From Macrostomum lignano (Eukaryota): DNA of 64,000 nt. The notes below the pieces were generated by a model. That model searched no databases, had not been told where the DNA came from, and saw nothing but the letters and a program-made list of their open reading frames with translations. Made by a program: the position numbers and the translations under genes. The stretch is taken from contig NIVC01001391.1 in assembly GCA_002269645.1 (NCBI GenBank), positions 186,001 to 250,000 on the forward strand. The letters are read 5' to 3'. This document shows positions 35,001 through 46,276 of the stretch, in pieces; the stretch's first letter is position 1, and each line of letters starts with the position of its first letter.

Positions 35001-38000
35001 CTCTAATCCACCTCTCTTATCTTCCTCTCTGCCTATCTAATCTCCCTCTCTGATCTCCCTCTCTGATCTCCCTCTCTAATCTCCCTCTCTGATCTCCCTC
35101 TCTAATCTTCCTCTCTGATCTCCCTCTCTAATCTCCCTCTCTGATCTCCCTCTCTAATCTCCCTCTCTAATCCACCTCTCTTATCTTCCTCTCTGCCTAT
35201 CTAATCTCCTTCTCTGATCTCACTCACTGATCTCCCTCTCTAATCCACCTCTCTGATCTAACTCTCTGATCTCGCACTCTGATCTCCTTCTTCGATCTCC
35301 TTCTCTCTCTCTCTCTGATCTCCCTTCCTTCCTCTCTGATCTCCCTCCGTCTCTGCTCTCCCTCCCCGTGGTGCCCGCCACCGTAAAGTCCCTTGCAAAG
35401 CTGTCAGTTAACAACGCAAGCCTTAAGGCCACACTGCTGGAACTTCAAACACGGTCTTACACAGTTAGAACTGCTATAGAATTTCTGCATGTTGCATTGC
35501 AGAAACTCTCTAGGCTGTGGAGTCTCTCTGTCTTTCTGCAATTGAATTCCTCTAATTTTTTCTCATAGAAACTGTTAGAATATAAATTAAGTTAATTGCC
35601 TATTAACCTTTGCGTCGCTCAAATACAGCCCAGCTAAGTCTCGACTTCCCCCGCCCCTAGGAGAAGGCGAGTGAGGGAGGGGCGCACACAGCCTCTGACT
35701 GCCGCTCCATCTAGCGGTGTCGAGTTTCCTTAGCGCCCGCGCCTTCCTTCTCTTCTTCGCATCCGGTTCAGGGCCGCCCAGTGCTATTTAGCCCCGGCCA
35801 TTTGGGTAATGAGGCCTGCCTCCGCTCTCTTATCGCCCTCTCCGCTACCCCCGCGCCTGCTTGGTAGGGCGGCGACGCTGCCGGCCTGCTGGAGACCAGC
35901 CGCCAGTTCGACTCAATCGACACGGACGACCAGCCGACACGGCGTAGCGGCGACACCTTCGCCCCGCTTGGCGACTCTGTCGACGCCGCCAATCTCCGAC
36001 ATGACGACGACCAGGACGAAGATTCCTCATCCTCGGACAGCAAGCCGGGCGGCCAGAATGTTGTCCTGGACTTTGAGCAGCTGTCCGCCGTTGTAGCCGA
36101 CGCCGACGACCAAGACAATGACGAGGAGGACGAGGACGGCGACGGCGACAGGTTCGGCATCGTCAAGGACGTCGACGACATCGAGGAGGACCTTGAATAC
36201 GACCGCAGCGTGGCCGAGGAGATCTCCACCGCCGAGGCGTCGGACAAGTACGACTCGGACTTCGAGACAGAGGCGGCGCCCACCTACACGCAGGACTTCG
36301 ACGACTTCGACGGCGGCGAGGCGACGGACCGCGGGCCTGGCGGGGACAGCGAGGCTCAGCGGCGCAGCAGCTGGGATTCGAACAGCGTCACCGAGAAGGC
36401 GACTACTTCGACATCGTCGTCTTCCAGCACGTCGAGATCGACGGTCAGAGAGGAGATTCGGAGGGCTCGCAGCCGTAGCAGCAGCAGCGATCGAACGGAG
36501 AGCCGCTCTGCCGCCACCTCGAGTGCGACGGCCACCACCACCAGCAGCAGCAGCAGCGGCGGCGACCGCCGTCGCAGCCGTTGCTATCGCAGTCGGAGTC
36601 CGAGTCCTCGGTACGGACTTTGTCGCGTTCAGATAAATTTGTGCCGCTTTTTATTATCTAGCCTACTCAGAGTAGGCTGTGTGCATGTTTTGCCATTTTT
36701 CTTTCTGAGAGAACTGCTTTAGCGCTTAGGAGTATCGCGCCACTGCAGTTCCTGTATTTCAACCAGTTGACTCTCTTAATTGCTAAAAACTTTGCCAGGC
36801 GCCACCGCCGACGCATCCGGGACGTTGAGGTGCAGACGCAGCCGGAGGGGACTTCGCTCCGGCCCGGCGGCGGCCTCGGCTACCAGTGGGACCCGGCGGG
36901 CGTCGGCCAGGCGGCGGCTGCTCACGGCCTCGGCCTGGGCTCGGTGGACCCGACGCCCGTGGCCAGCCTGGCCGTGTCAGCCGACGCCCTGGAGGCCGTC
37001 ACCGCCTATTCGCCAGCCAGCGCCGCTCTGAACTCGCTGGTGCGCGACCAGCTGGCCCTGACCGCCGCCTTTTTGGCCTCGCAGCGCCGCATTTACCAGG
37101 GAGCCGTGGAGGCGCTGCGGGGGGAGCCCACCGGTCGGAACCGGTACACCACGCTGCAGGACACGCGTGAGGTCAGCTGTCTGGCTTTTTGATTCAGCCT
37201 CCTCTGCCCTCCCTCCCAGACCTACCTGACCTTCCTCTCCGCCCTCCCTCCATGACCTCTGACCGCCCTCCCTGACCTCCCGCTCTGCCCTCCCTCCCTG
37301 ACCTCCCTGACCTCCCTGACCTCCCGCTCTGCCCTCCCTCCCTGACCTCCCTCTCTGCCCTCCCTCCCTGACCTTCCTATCTGCCCTCCCTCCCTGACCT
37401 CCCTCTCTGCCCTCCCTCCCTGACCTCCCTGACCTCCCGCTCTGCCCTCCCTCCCTGACCTCCCTGACCTCCCTGAACTCCCTGACCTCCCGCTCTGCCC
37501 TCCCTCCCTGACCTCCCTCCCTGACCTCCCTGACCTCCCGCTCTGCCCTCCCTCCCTGACCTCCCTGATCTCCCTCCTTGACCTCTCTGACCTCCCTCTC
37601 TGCCCTCCCTCCCTGACCTCCCTGACCTCCCTGACCTCCCACTCTGCCCTCCCTCCCTGACCTCCCTAACCTCCCTGACCTCCCTCTCCTCTGCCCTCCC
37701 TCCCTGACCTCCCTGACCTCCCTCTCTGCTCTCCCTCCCTGACCTTCCTATCTGCCCTCCATCCCAGACCTCCCTCTCTAATCTCCCTTCTTGACCTGCT
37801 TCTCCGATTTCCCTCTCCGGATGGCGCTTTTTCTGATCTCTAAACAAAATGCTACTTTCAATACATATCGTTCGTGTTTTATTAGAGTCAATCTGTAAGA
37901 CTGCTTAATATGAAGTCCGTAAGAGTCCATGTGAAGTCTAGCACCTCAGTTTTACTGATGTAATACCCTGGTATTTTGCAGACAATCATAGTTTCTGTTT

Positions 38001-39635
38001 ATTTAAAAAATTAACCCCACTGCCAACTTTATTGGTCTCGTGATTAGCAATATTGTTGTATATATTAGCTCCGCCAATGGCCCACTGCACAAGCATTGAG
38101 GAATGCTTGCACTGTGCACAAGTGAGCAGCAAAGAGAGGCTCTTTATCTATCAAATCAAATGAATAGCTGAGCGGGTTGACTCCTCTAAGCTAGCGCCAG
38201 TCCCCAGTGACCGAGCCTAAACTGACTGCAGGGCTTGGGCTCAGTAAAAGTTCAAACTAAATAATCAAAAAACTCTCGACAGTCAGTGCGAATCAGCCAG
38301 CGGGTGCAGCCCTCAGCTGTTTTGGCGGGCCTGCTTCTTGCAGATGAAGCGGTGCCTCTCGTGGCACTCGACCGTCTTCATGGCGCGGTCCTGCAGCAGC
38401 ACGCAGTTCACCTTGTCGCCGGTGTCGGGGTATCCGGGATGCCAAGCTGGAAAGTCGTTATGGAAATCCACCAGCCTGTCGGCCCATTTGTAGCAGATCT
38501 TTTCACCGGTGCTGAAGTCGATGCGGCACGGGTTCACCTTGATGAGGCCGACCCAGGTCTGCACCGGGCAGCCCCGGCTGTCCAGGTCCAGGAGGCTGAG
38601 GGCCCGCAGCTCCTGCTTGGTGTAGATGGACACCATGCTGGCTCCCCGGCCGCTGCAGTAGAAGGTGGCCTCAATGAAGGTGACTTCAATCTTCGGCATC
38701 AGGTAGCAGAAGTTGCCGACCAGCTTCCAGCCGGGGTCGCAGGTTCGATTCTGGCCGCCGCCGTTGTCCTGGTACTTGGCCTTGCAGATGTAGCGCTGCT
38801 TGGCGTGGTAAACATTGTTGACCAGGCTGAGGTTGTGCACCGATATGAGCGGCTGGTGGATGCTGCTGATGCTGCTGAAGTCGTGGGTGTGGTAGCCATT
38901 GGGGCTGACGCTGTTGTCTGTCCAGCGGTAATTGTCCGGCTGGTGCAGCCTGTCCACGTTCACCGCGTACTTGCCGGTCCAAGCGTTCTCGCAGTAGCTC
39001 AGCTTGGCCACGAAGGAGTTCTCAGCTTCATCGGCTATGCTCACCAGGTGGCCGTCGCGCCTGCGGCACTGCTGCTCGGCCACGTACCAGTACTGCTGCT
39101 GCTCTTTGTACTCGTAGCAGTAGTCTTTGTACCGAATCCAGCCTTCGCGGCACTGGTCAAAGAAGACCTCCACGCTGACTTGAGAGACCGCCTGCGGCTG
39201 AGGCGCGGCCATCCCCTGTGCGAGAGCGACTGCCAGCGCCAGCAGCGCCACGAGAATAGCGATGCACTTTCCTTGCATTTTTGAGTCAGCTGAGCACTTT
39301 CTCAGAGCTTTTGCCTAGCCGACTGCTGCCTATTTATAATAACACTGAGCCGGTCTTATCGCAGCCTGCAGCTCAAGGATATATTCGGTATATAATCCAA
39401 AGTTTTTTTGCCTCGTACTTCAGTGTTTCAGTCACTTTTGTCCCTGTCGCCTTTGACTCTGCTTTTTAAAAGAAGAAGACAGAATGTTAAGTTTTTTATC
39501 GCTACGTAGATAAGAGAAGGCTTGTGCGAGTCCAACCAGCGGACACCCCCGCCTGCCTCATTGCAGTTTATCGAGCGCAATCGGCCCAAATCCTTGACAT
39601 TGGCCGAGGCCCTGCGCCTGGTGGAGGCCGAGTGA
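32082..39635 (+). CDS. C19orf44: C19orf44-like protein (C-terminal DUF4614); exons ~32082(or 32115)-33141, 35868-36610, 36799-37171, 39567-39635; start codon not located
   Basis: C-terminal VDPTPVASLAVSADALEAVTAYSPASAALNSLVRDQLALTAAFL...RYTTLQDTRE|FIERNRPKSLTLAEALRLVEAE* resembles human C19orf44 as I recall it; N-terminal SRFLK motif; splice phases consistent. Confidence 0.82.
33170..34075. repeat. ~33-36-bp minisatellite (ATGTACACATGTCCCTATCCCCGCACCCATA[CA])
   Basis: Seen directly; intronic. Confidence 0.94.
34476..35350. repeat. Polypyrimidine ~13-bp array (CTCTCTGATCTCC) with higher-order blocks
   Basis: Seen directly. Confidence 0.92.
37198..37790. repeat. Polypyrimidine array (CTCCCTGACCTCC / CTCTGCCCTCC)
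   Basis: Seen directly; begins ~25 nt after the splice donor at 37172. Confidence 0.92.
38313..39278 (-). CDS. Secreted C-type lectin with two CTLDs (321 aa), intronless, nested antisense in the last intron of the C19orf44-like gene
   Basis: Signal peptide MQGKCIAILVALLALAVALAQG; CTLD motifs C..GW....DYCY, GHLVSI.DEAENSFV, TWVGL, YKWAD, HRFICK. Confidence 0.92.
   Translation of the reverse strand: MQGKCIAILVALLALAVALAQGMAAPQPQAVSQVSVEVFFDQCREGWIRYKDYCYEYKEQQQYWYVAEQQCRRRDGHLVSIADEAENSFVAKLSYCENAWTGKYAVNVDRLHQPDNYRWTDNSVSPNGYHTHDFSSISSIHQPLISVHNLSLVNNVYHAKQRYICKAKYQDNGGGQNRTCDPGWKLVGNFCYLMPKIEVTFIEATFYCSGRGASMVSIYTKQELRALSLLDLDSRGCPVQTWVGLIKVNPCRIDFSTGEKICYKWADRLVDFHNDFPAWHPGYPDTGDKVNCVLLQDRAMKTVECHERHRFICKKQARQNS
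39331..39338 (-). promoter_or_regulatory. TATA box (TATAAATA) of the lectin gene
   Basis: Located ~53 nt upstream of an AAAA-ATG start context. Confidence 0.6.
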
Positions 39636-39960
39636 ATTTTTTTGCGGACGTCCAGCGAACAGTTTTAGTTTTATTGAAGAATTCAGTTCTACCAATAGAT
39701 TCCACATTTCTCTGTGATCAATTAAACCCGCTTCATATTGCGCTGTGTTTCCGCTGTGCGGTCAGACCATTTTTTACTACTGTAGTAATGAGAAGCCAAA
39801 TTTATAATTGTTTATTTCTAATAAGTAGTTACCTATCGAACGGTTTTGTTTGTTCATTATTCTATTGTTTTTTTGTTAGATGTGTCTTACAATTTGGTTT
39901 TTTGTTAGATGTGTCTTACAATTTGGTTTTTTGTATTTTTTAAGTATAGAAGTATATATC

Positions 39961-41380
39961 CAGGCTAGATTAACAATCCATTCTATTCCTGCACCCATGA
40001 TAGGCTAGATTAGCAATCCGTTCTATTCCTGCACCCATGATAGGCTAGATTAGCAATCCGTTCTATTCCTGCACCCATGATAGGCTAGGTTAGCAATCCA
40101 TTCTATTCCTGCATCCATGATAGGCTAGATTAGCAATCCATTCTATTCCTGCACCCATGATAGGCTAGATTAGCAATCCATTCTATTCCTGCATCCATGA
40201 TAGGCTAGATTAGCAATCCATTCTATTCCTGCACCCATGATAGGCTAGATTAGCAATCCATTCTATTCCTGCATCCATGATAGGCTAGATTAGCAATCCA
40301 TTCTATTCCTGCACCCATGATAGGCTAGATTAGCAATCCATTCTATTCCTGCACCCATAATAGGCTAGATTAGCAATCCATTCTATTCTTGCATCCATGA
40401 TAGGCTAGATTAGCAATCCATGCTATTCCTGCACCCATGATAGGCTAGATTAGCAATCCATTCTATTCCTGCACCCATGATAGGCTAGATTAGCAATCCA
40501 TTCTATTCCTGCATCCGTGATAGGCTACATTAGCAATCCATTCTATTCCTGCACCCATGATAGGCTAGATTAGCAATCCATTCTATTCCTGCACCCATGA
40601 TAGGCTAGATTAGCAATCCATTCTATTCCTGCATCCATGATAGGCTAGATTAGCAATCCATTCTATCCCTGCATCCATGATAGGCTAGATTAGCAATCCA
40701 TTCTATCCCTGCACCCATGATAGGCTAGATTAGCAATCCATTCTATCCCTGCACCCATGATAGGCTAGATTAGCAATCCATTCTATTCCTGCACCCATGA
40801 TAGGCTAGATTAGCAATCCGTTCTATTCCTGCACCCATGATAGGCTAGATTAGCAATCCATTCTATTCCTGCATCCATGATAGGCTAGATTAGCAATCCA
40901 TTCTATTCCTGCACCCATGATAGGCTAGATTAGCAATCCGTTCTATTCCTGCACCCATGATAGGCTAGATTAGCAATCCATTCTATTCCTGCATCCATGA
41001 TAGGCTAGATTAGCAATCCGTTCTATTACTGCACCCATGATAGGCTAGATTAACAATCCGTTCTATTCCTGCACCCATGATAGGCTAGATTAGCAATCCA
41101 TTCTATTCCTGCATCCATGATAGGCTAGATTAGCAATCCGTTCTATTCCTGCACCCATGATAGGCTAGATTAGCAATCCGTTCTATTCCTGCACCCATGA
41201 TAGGCTAGATTAGCAATCCATTCTATTCCTGCATCCATGATAGGCTAGATTAGCAATCCATTCTATTCCTGCACCCATGATAGGCTAGATTAGCAATCCA
41301 TTCTATTCCTGCATCCATGATAGGCTAGATTAGCAATCCGTTCTATTCCTGCAACCATGATAGGCTAGATTAGCAATCCA
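39961..41380. repeat. 40-bp minisatellite, ~35 copies, same unit and orientation as 344-1230
   Basis: Identical consensus unit. Confidence 0.97.
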
Positions 41381-41514
41381 GTTCTTAGTTGCCATGCCGG
41401 CTGAAATCGCATGCATGCAACAATAGTCTATGGCTAAAACCCCATCCTCACTGTATTGCAGCCGCCGGTAGCAGCTCGCGACCCGGCGCCCCTCCTCACC
41501 CCCAGCAGCCAGCG

Positions 41515-43597
41515 ATGAGCTTCGGCGTTGGCGGCAGCAACGGCACTGCGGGCAGCCGCAGGCGCAGTCGCAGCCACAGTCGCCACCGCGATTTGAAGCA
41601 ACCGCCGGCGCCAACACCGCAGCAGCTGACGGTGACCCTCAGCCGGGCGCCGGACTTCGGCCTCGGTATCGCCGTATCCGGCGGAATCGACAGCCTGCCG
41701 GTTGACGGCGGTGGCGGCGGCGACCGCGGCGACGAGGCCGGCGGTCTGTTCATTAGCGACATCATCCAGGGCGGTCCGGCCGAGGGTCGCCTGCGCATTG
41801 GCGACCGCCTGCTGGCCTGCAACGGCGTCTCGCTGCGCCGTGCGACCCACGACGCCGCCGTTGCAGAGCTGCAGCGAAGCCACGCCGTCCGCCTGCTTAT
41901 CGAGCGGCGGCCTCCAGCGCGTCTCGGCAATGGCGCCGATGACGACGATGACGACTCGGCCGGCAGCGACGACGCAGATGATCTGCCCGGCGAGAACAAT
42001 GGCGCTGGCAGGTCGGCGATCGACCTTGAAAACGACGAAACCGGCGAGGACGGCGCCGGCGGCAGCTCGCTGCTGGTGCACGTGACCTTCGTTGTCCGCT
42101 CGCCGGACCTGCTGAACAGCCAGCTGGTGGTGTCCAAGTCACTGGACAGGGTGAACGGCCTGCAGCTCAGCCAGCTGGCCTCGCCCTCCCGCCTCACCCG
42201 CCTGCTCGACTCCGCCCAGTCGCTGAGCCTTCAATTCCGACAGGAGCCTCAGCAGTTGTCGCCCGAGCGGCTGGGTAACGGGCAGCACCGTGCCGAACCA
42301 GTTCAGCTGCCCGCGCCTTCCCAGCACCGCCTGGAGCCTCCGCCGCAGCCGTCGATTGGCGCCGGTCGGCATCGTTCTGTTGAGGCGCTGGCGCCGCCGC
42401 CGCACGCGCCAACCGACGCTGAGCAGGTTCGCCAGGTCACGCCCGATCCCGACGGCTCCATTGGCGTCCGGCTGGACGGCGGAAACGCTGTTGGCATCTT
42501 TGTGCGGCAGGTGAGATTCTAGATCTCTAGGGTGAGATTCTCTATCTCTAGGGTGAGATTCTTTTTCTCTAGCGTGAGATTCTATATCTCTAGGGTGAGA
42601 TTCTATATTTCTAGGGTGAGATTCTATATCTCTAGGGTGAGATTCTATATCTCTAGGGTGAGATTCTATATCTCTAGGGTGAGATTCTATATCTCTAGGG
42701 TGATATTCTATATCTCTAGGGTGAGATTCTATATCTCTAGGGTGAGATTCTATATCTCTAGGGTGAGATTCTATATCTCTAGGGTGAGATTCTAGTGTTT
42801 GTTTAGCGTAAGATTGTATCTGTTATCTCTAGAATGTGTTTTATCTCCCTATAGGAATTGTAAATCCTGTATGGTGAGATTTGCGATCTCCTGAGTCAAA
42901 CTCCATATTGCCGTCTGATTTCAATTCATTACTCCTCAATCTCGCTCCACCTCAGGTGGCCCCCGGCGGTCCCGCCGACCGAGCCGGCGTCCGACCCGGC
43001 GATCGCCTCGTTGCCGTCGACCGGCGCTCGCTGGTCCGCGCCACCAAGGAGGAGGCCCTGCTGGCCCTGCTGCCGCAGTCCATGCCGCCCCGGCCGCTCC
43101 GCCTGTCGGTGCTGCCGGACCCCGCCGGCTACCGGGCCTTCGCCTCCGGCCGCCAGCCCGGCGACCGGTTCCACGTGCGCGCCCACTTCAACCACGCCAA
43201 GCCGGCGCCGAACGAGGCGGTCATTCGCCGAGGCGACGTCTTTCTGGTGCAGGACACCCTGGCCGGCGGCGTAGTCGGCGCCTGGGAGGCCGTGCGCGTG
43301 CACCCGCCGCCAGCCGAGGCCGCCGTCAGCCTGATCCCCAACCAGTTCCGGGCGGAGCAGCTGGCCATGGCCGCTGCGGCCGCCGGCCGGGACTTGGCCA
43401 CCGCGTTTCCGCCCTACGAGCGGGTGGCCCTGCGCCGGGCGGCCTTCCCCAGGCCCGTGGTCGTGTTCGGCCCCTTCGCCGACTTCGTCAGGCGGCATCT
43501 GCTGGACAGCCTGCCGGAGAAATTTGAGCTGCCGCCACAGACGGCGCAGTCGGTAAGAATTTCGGGGAGAGAGAGAGAGAGACAGTGTGTGTGTGTT

Positions 43598-43629
<32 letters not shown>

Positions 43630-45810
43630 AGTGAGTGAGTGAGTGACTGAATGAGTGAGTGAGTGAGTGAGTGAATGAGTGAGTGAGTGAGTGAATGAGT
43701 GAGTGAGTGAATGAGTGAGTGAGTGAGTGAGTGAGTGAATGAGTGAGTGAGTGAGTGAATGAGTGAGTGAGTGAATGAGTGAGTGAGTGAGTGAGTGAGT
43801 GAATGAGTGAGTGAGTGAGTGAATGAGTGAGTGAGTGAGTGAGTGAGTGAATGAGTGAGTGAGTGAGTGAATGAGTGAGTGGGGGAATGAGTGAGTGGGT
43901 GAATGAGTGAGTGGGTGAATGAGTGAATGACCGAACCAAAACCGCAAATCTGGCAGGTGAAGCTGTCGGCCATCAAGTCGGTGATGGTTCGCGGCCGGCA
44001 CCCGGTGCTGGACCTGAACCCGGTGGCCGTGGACCGGCTCTGCTACGCCCAGCTGGCCCCCATCGTGCTGCTGATCCGCGCCAGCAACCGTCAGGTCATC
44101 AAGAAGCTCCGGCGGGCTCCCGGCTCCAAGCGGCTGCACCAGGAGTGTCTCCGGCTGGAGCAGCTGTGCGGCCACCTCTTCACAGATGTGTGCACCGTGG
44201 AGCAGCCGGACCTGGGCCACGTGCTGCGCGGGCTGGAGCGGCTCATCGACATGCAGCAGGGCCAGCTGCTCTGGCTGGGCGAGGCACAGGGCGACCGGCC
44301 ACCCAGGGTTCTGTCCGAGCCCAACCTGACCCGTGAGCTTCGGGCTGGCTTGCGTGCTCCTCAGTTGCTGACCCGCCGCCAGCCTCCCAGATCCTCAGTT
44401 GCTGGGCCAGCCTCCCAGATCCTCAGTTGCTGGGCCAGCCTCCCAGATCCTCACTTGCTGGGCCAGCCTCCCAGATCCTCAGTTTCTGGGCCAGCCTCCC
44501 AGAGTGTCAGTTGCTGGGCCAGCCTCCCAGATCCTCAGTTGCTGGGCCAGCCTCTCAGATCCTCAGTTTCTGGGCCAGCCTCCCAGATCCTCACTTGCTG
44601 GGCCAGCCTCCCAGATCCTCAGTTGCTGGGCCAGCCTCCCAGATCCTCAGTTGCTGGGCCAGACTCTCAGATCCTCAGTTTCTGGACTAGCCTCCCAGAG
44701 TGTCAGTTGCTGGGCCAGCTTCCCAGATCCTCAGTTTCTGGGCCAGCCTCCCAGATCCTCAGTTGCTGGGCCAGCCTCCCAGATCCTCACTTGCTGGGCC
44801 AGCCTACTAGATCCTCACTTGCTGGGCCAGCCTCCCAGATCCTCACTTGCTGGGCCAGCCTACTAGATCCTCACTTGCTGGGCCAGCCTCTCAGATCCTC
44901 AGTTTCTGGGCCAGCCTCCCAGATCCTCAGTTTCTGGGCCAGCCTCCTAGATCCTCAGTTGCTGGGCTAGCCTCCCAGATCCTCAGCCGCAACTTCAGCA
45001 CAACCCATGAGTCACGCGGCTCCAACTCCCGTTCGCCACCCGCCAGAGCCAAGTCCGGACGAGGAGCTGCCGACCTTCTCCACCCTGCCGATGGCCGGCG
45101 GCAGCGGTCGCCACTCGCAGCGCTTGACGAGCCGACCGACCACCCTCGTCGACCATCGCGACGCAACCGACGAGGACGACGGCGAGTTCTTGCTGGACAC
45201 CAGCCCGCCGGCGCACCTGCGACCCGCTGCATTGGCGGCCGACACGCCGTCGAGCAGCGTCGGTTCCCGGGACGAAGTCCTGCGCCGCCGCGTCGACCTG
45301 CTGGTTGGCCAGGCGCGCACGTCGCGGATCGGCAACGGCGCCGACGCTGAGGACCCCTACGACAATGTGCAGCCAGGGGCCTCTGTGGCACCTTCGACAG
45401 CATCGGCGGTCGTCGTAGTAGACAGGTGCAGCGGCCTGTTCGACGCCTCCGGCGGCGCCCTCCGCTGCCCGCGCTCCGGCGTCGCCCTGGAAGTGCCGCC
45501 TGGCGCCCTGCCCGCGGGCCGGCTGCGCCAGCTTCGACTGGCCGCGCTCAGCCTGGACGGCGGCCGGCGCCGAATTGTTGGCGCCAGTCCGCCTGGCGCT
45601 GCTTTCCTGCGCCCGCTGACGCTCCGCCTGCCGGCCGAGTGGGCGGACGCTGCACTGGTCGCCATCGACTCGTCGACCTCCGCCGCCGCTGACGAGGCCT
45701 TTGCCGAAGCAGCCCGACTGAAGGAGCTGCCGGGCTGGCGCCGCTGCCCGGACGAGCGCGGCCTCGGCGCTGGGGGTGTCTGCCTCGTTGGTGACCGATT
45801 CGGGCAGTAG
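41515..45810 (+). CDS. TJP1: ZO-1/polychaetoid-like MAGUK (PDZ1, degenerate PDZ2, PDZ3, SH3, GUK, ZU5), ~930 aa; exons 41515-42510, 42956-43552, 43957-44332, 44987-45810
   Basis: PDZ1 VTLSRAPDFGLGIAVSGG; PDZ3 GSIGVRLDGGNAVGIFVRQV; SH3 GDRFHVRAHFN; GUK HPVLDLNPVAVDRLCYAQLAPIV; ZU5 GLFDASGGALRCPRSGVALEVPPGALP; phases consistent (2793 nt). Confidence 0.9.
42511..42795 (+). repeat. 21-bp array (GTGAGATTCTATATCTCTAGG) x ~13.5, starting exactly at the intron-1 donor of the ZO-1-like gene
   Basis: Seen directly. Confidence 0.95.
43567..43929. repeat. (GA)n-(GT)n-(GAGT/GAAT)n compound microsatellite filling ZO-1 intron 2
   Basis: Seen directly. Confidence 0.95.
44385..44986 (+). repeat. 28-bp array (GCTGGGCCAGCCTCCCAGATCCTCAGTT); the last unit supplies the intron-3 acceptor
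   Basis: Seen directly; the phase-1 junction at 44986/44987 restores the ZU5 reading frame. Confidence 0.92.
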
Positions 45811-45900
45811 CGCCCTGCTGCTATTTTGTGGTGTCTGTCTGTCTTCTTCACTGGTTGCGCTGCTTTTCTTTTTTCAGTTTATCAGTTCTTCAAAATAGCG

Positions 45901-46276
45901 CCGCTTTCCGCCACTTCCGGTTCCTCGAACCTGGCCGCTTTCCGCCACTTCCGGTTCCTCAAACCTGGCCGCTATCCGCCACTTCCGGTTCCTCAAGCCT
46001 AGCCGCTTTCCGCCACTTCCGGTTCCTCTAATCGGGCCTTTATCTGCCACTTCCGGTTCCTCAAACCTGGCCGCTATCTGTCACTTCCGTTTCCTCAAAC
46101 CTGGCCGCTATCCGCCACTTCCGGTTCCTCGAACCTGGCCGCTTTCCGTCACTTCCGGTTCCTCAAGCCTAGCCGCTTTCCGCCACTTCCGGTTCCTCAT
46201 ATCGGGCCTTTATCTGACACTTCCGGTTCCTCATATCTGGCCTTTATCTGACACTTCCGGTTCCTCTAATCGGGCC
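45901..46276. repeat. 34-bp array (CCGCTTTCCGCCACTTCCGGTTCCTCAAACCTGG), ~11 copies
   Basis: Seen directly. Confidence 0.92.

Noticed and set aside
35701-35717. CTCF-like motif (reverse complement CCGCTAGATGGAGCGGC)
   Set aside because: It is a single imperfect match; similar strings occur in transposon ends, and CTCF presence in this lineage is unverified.
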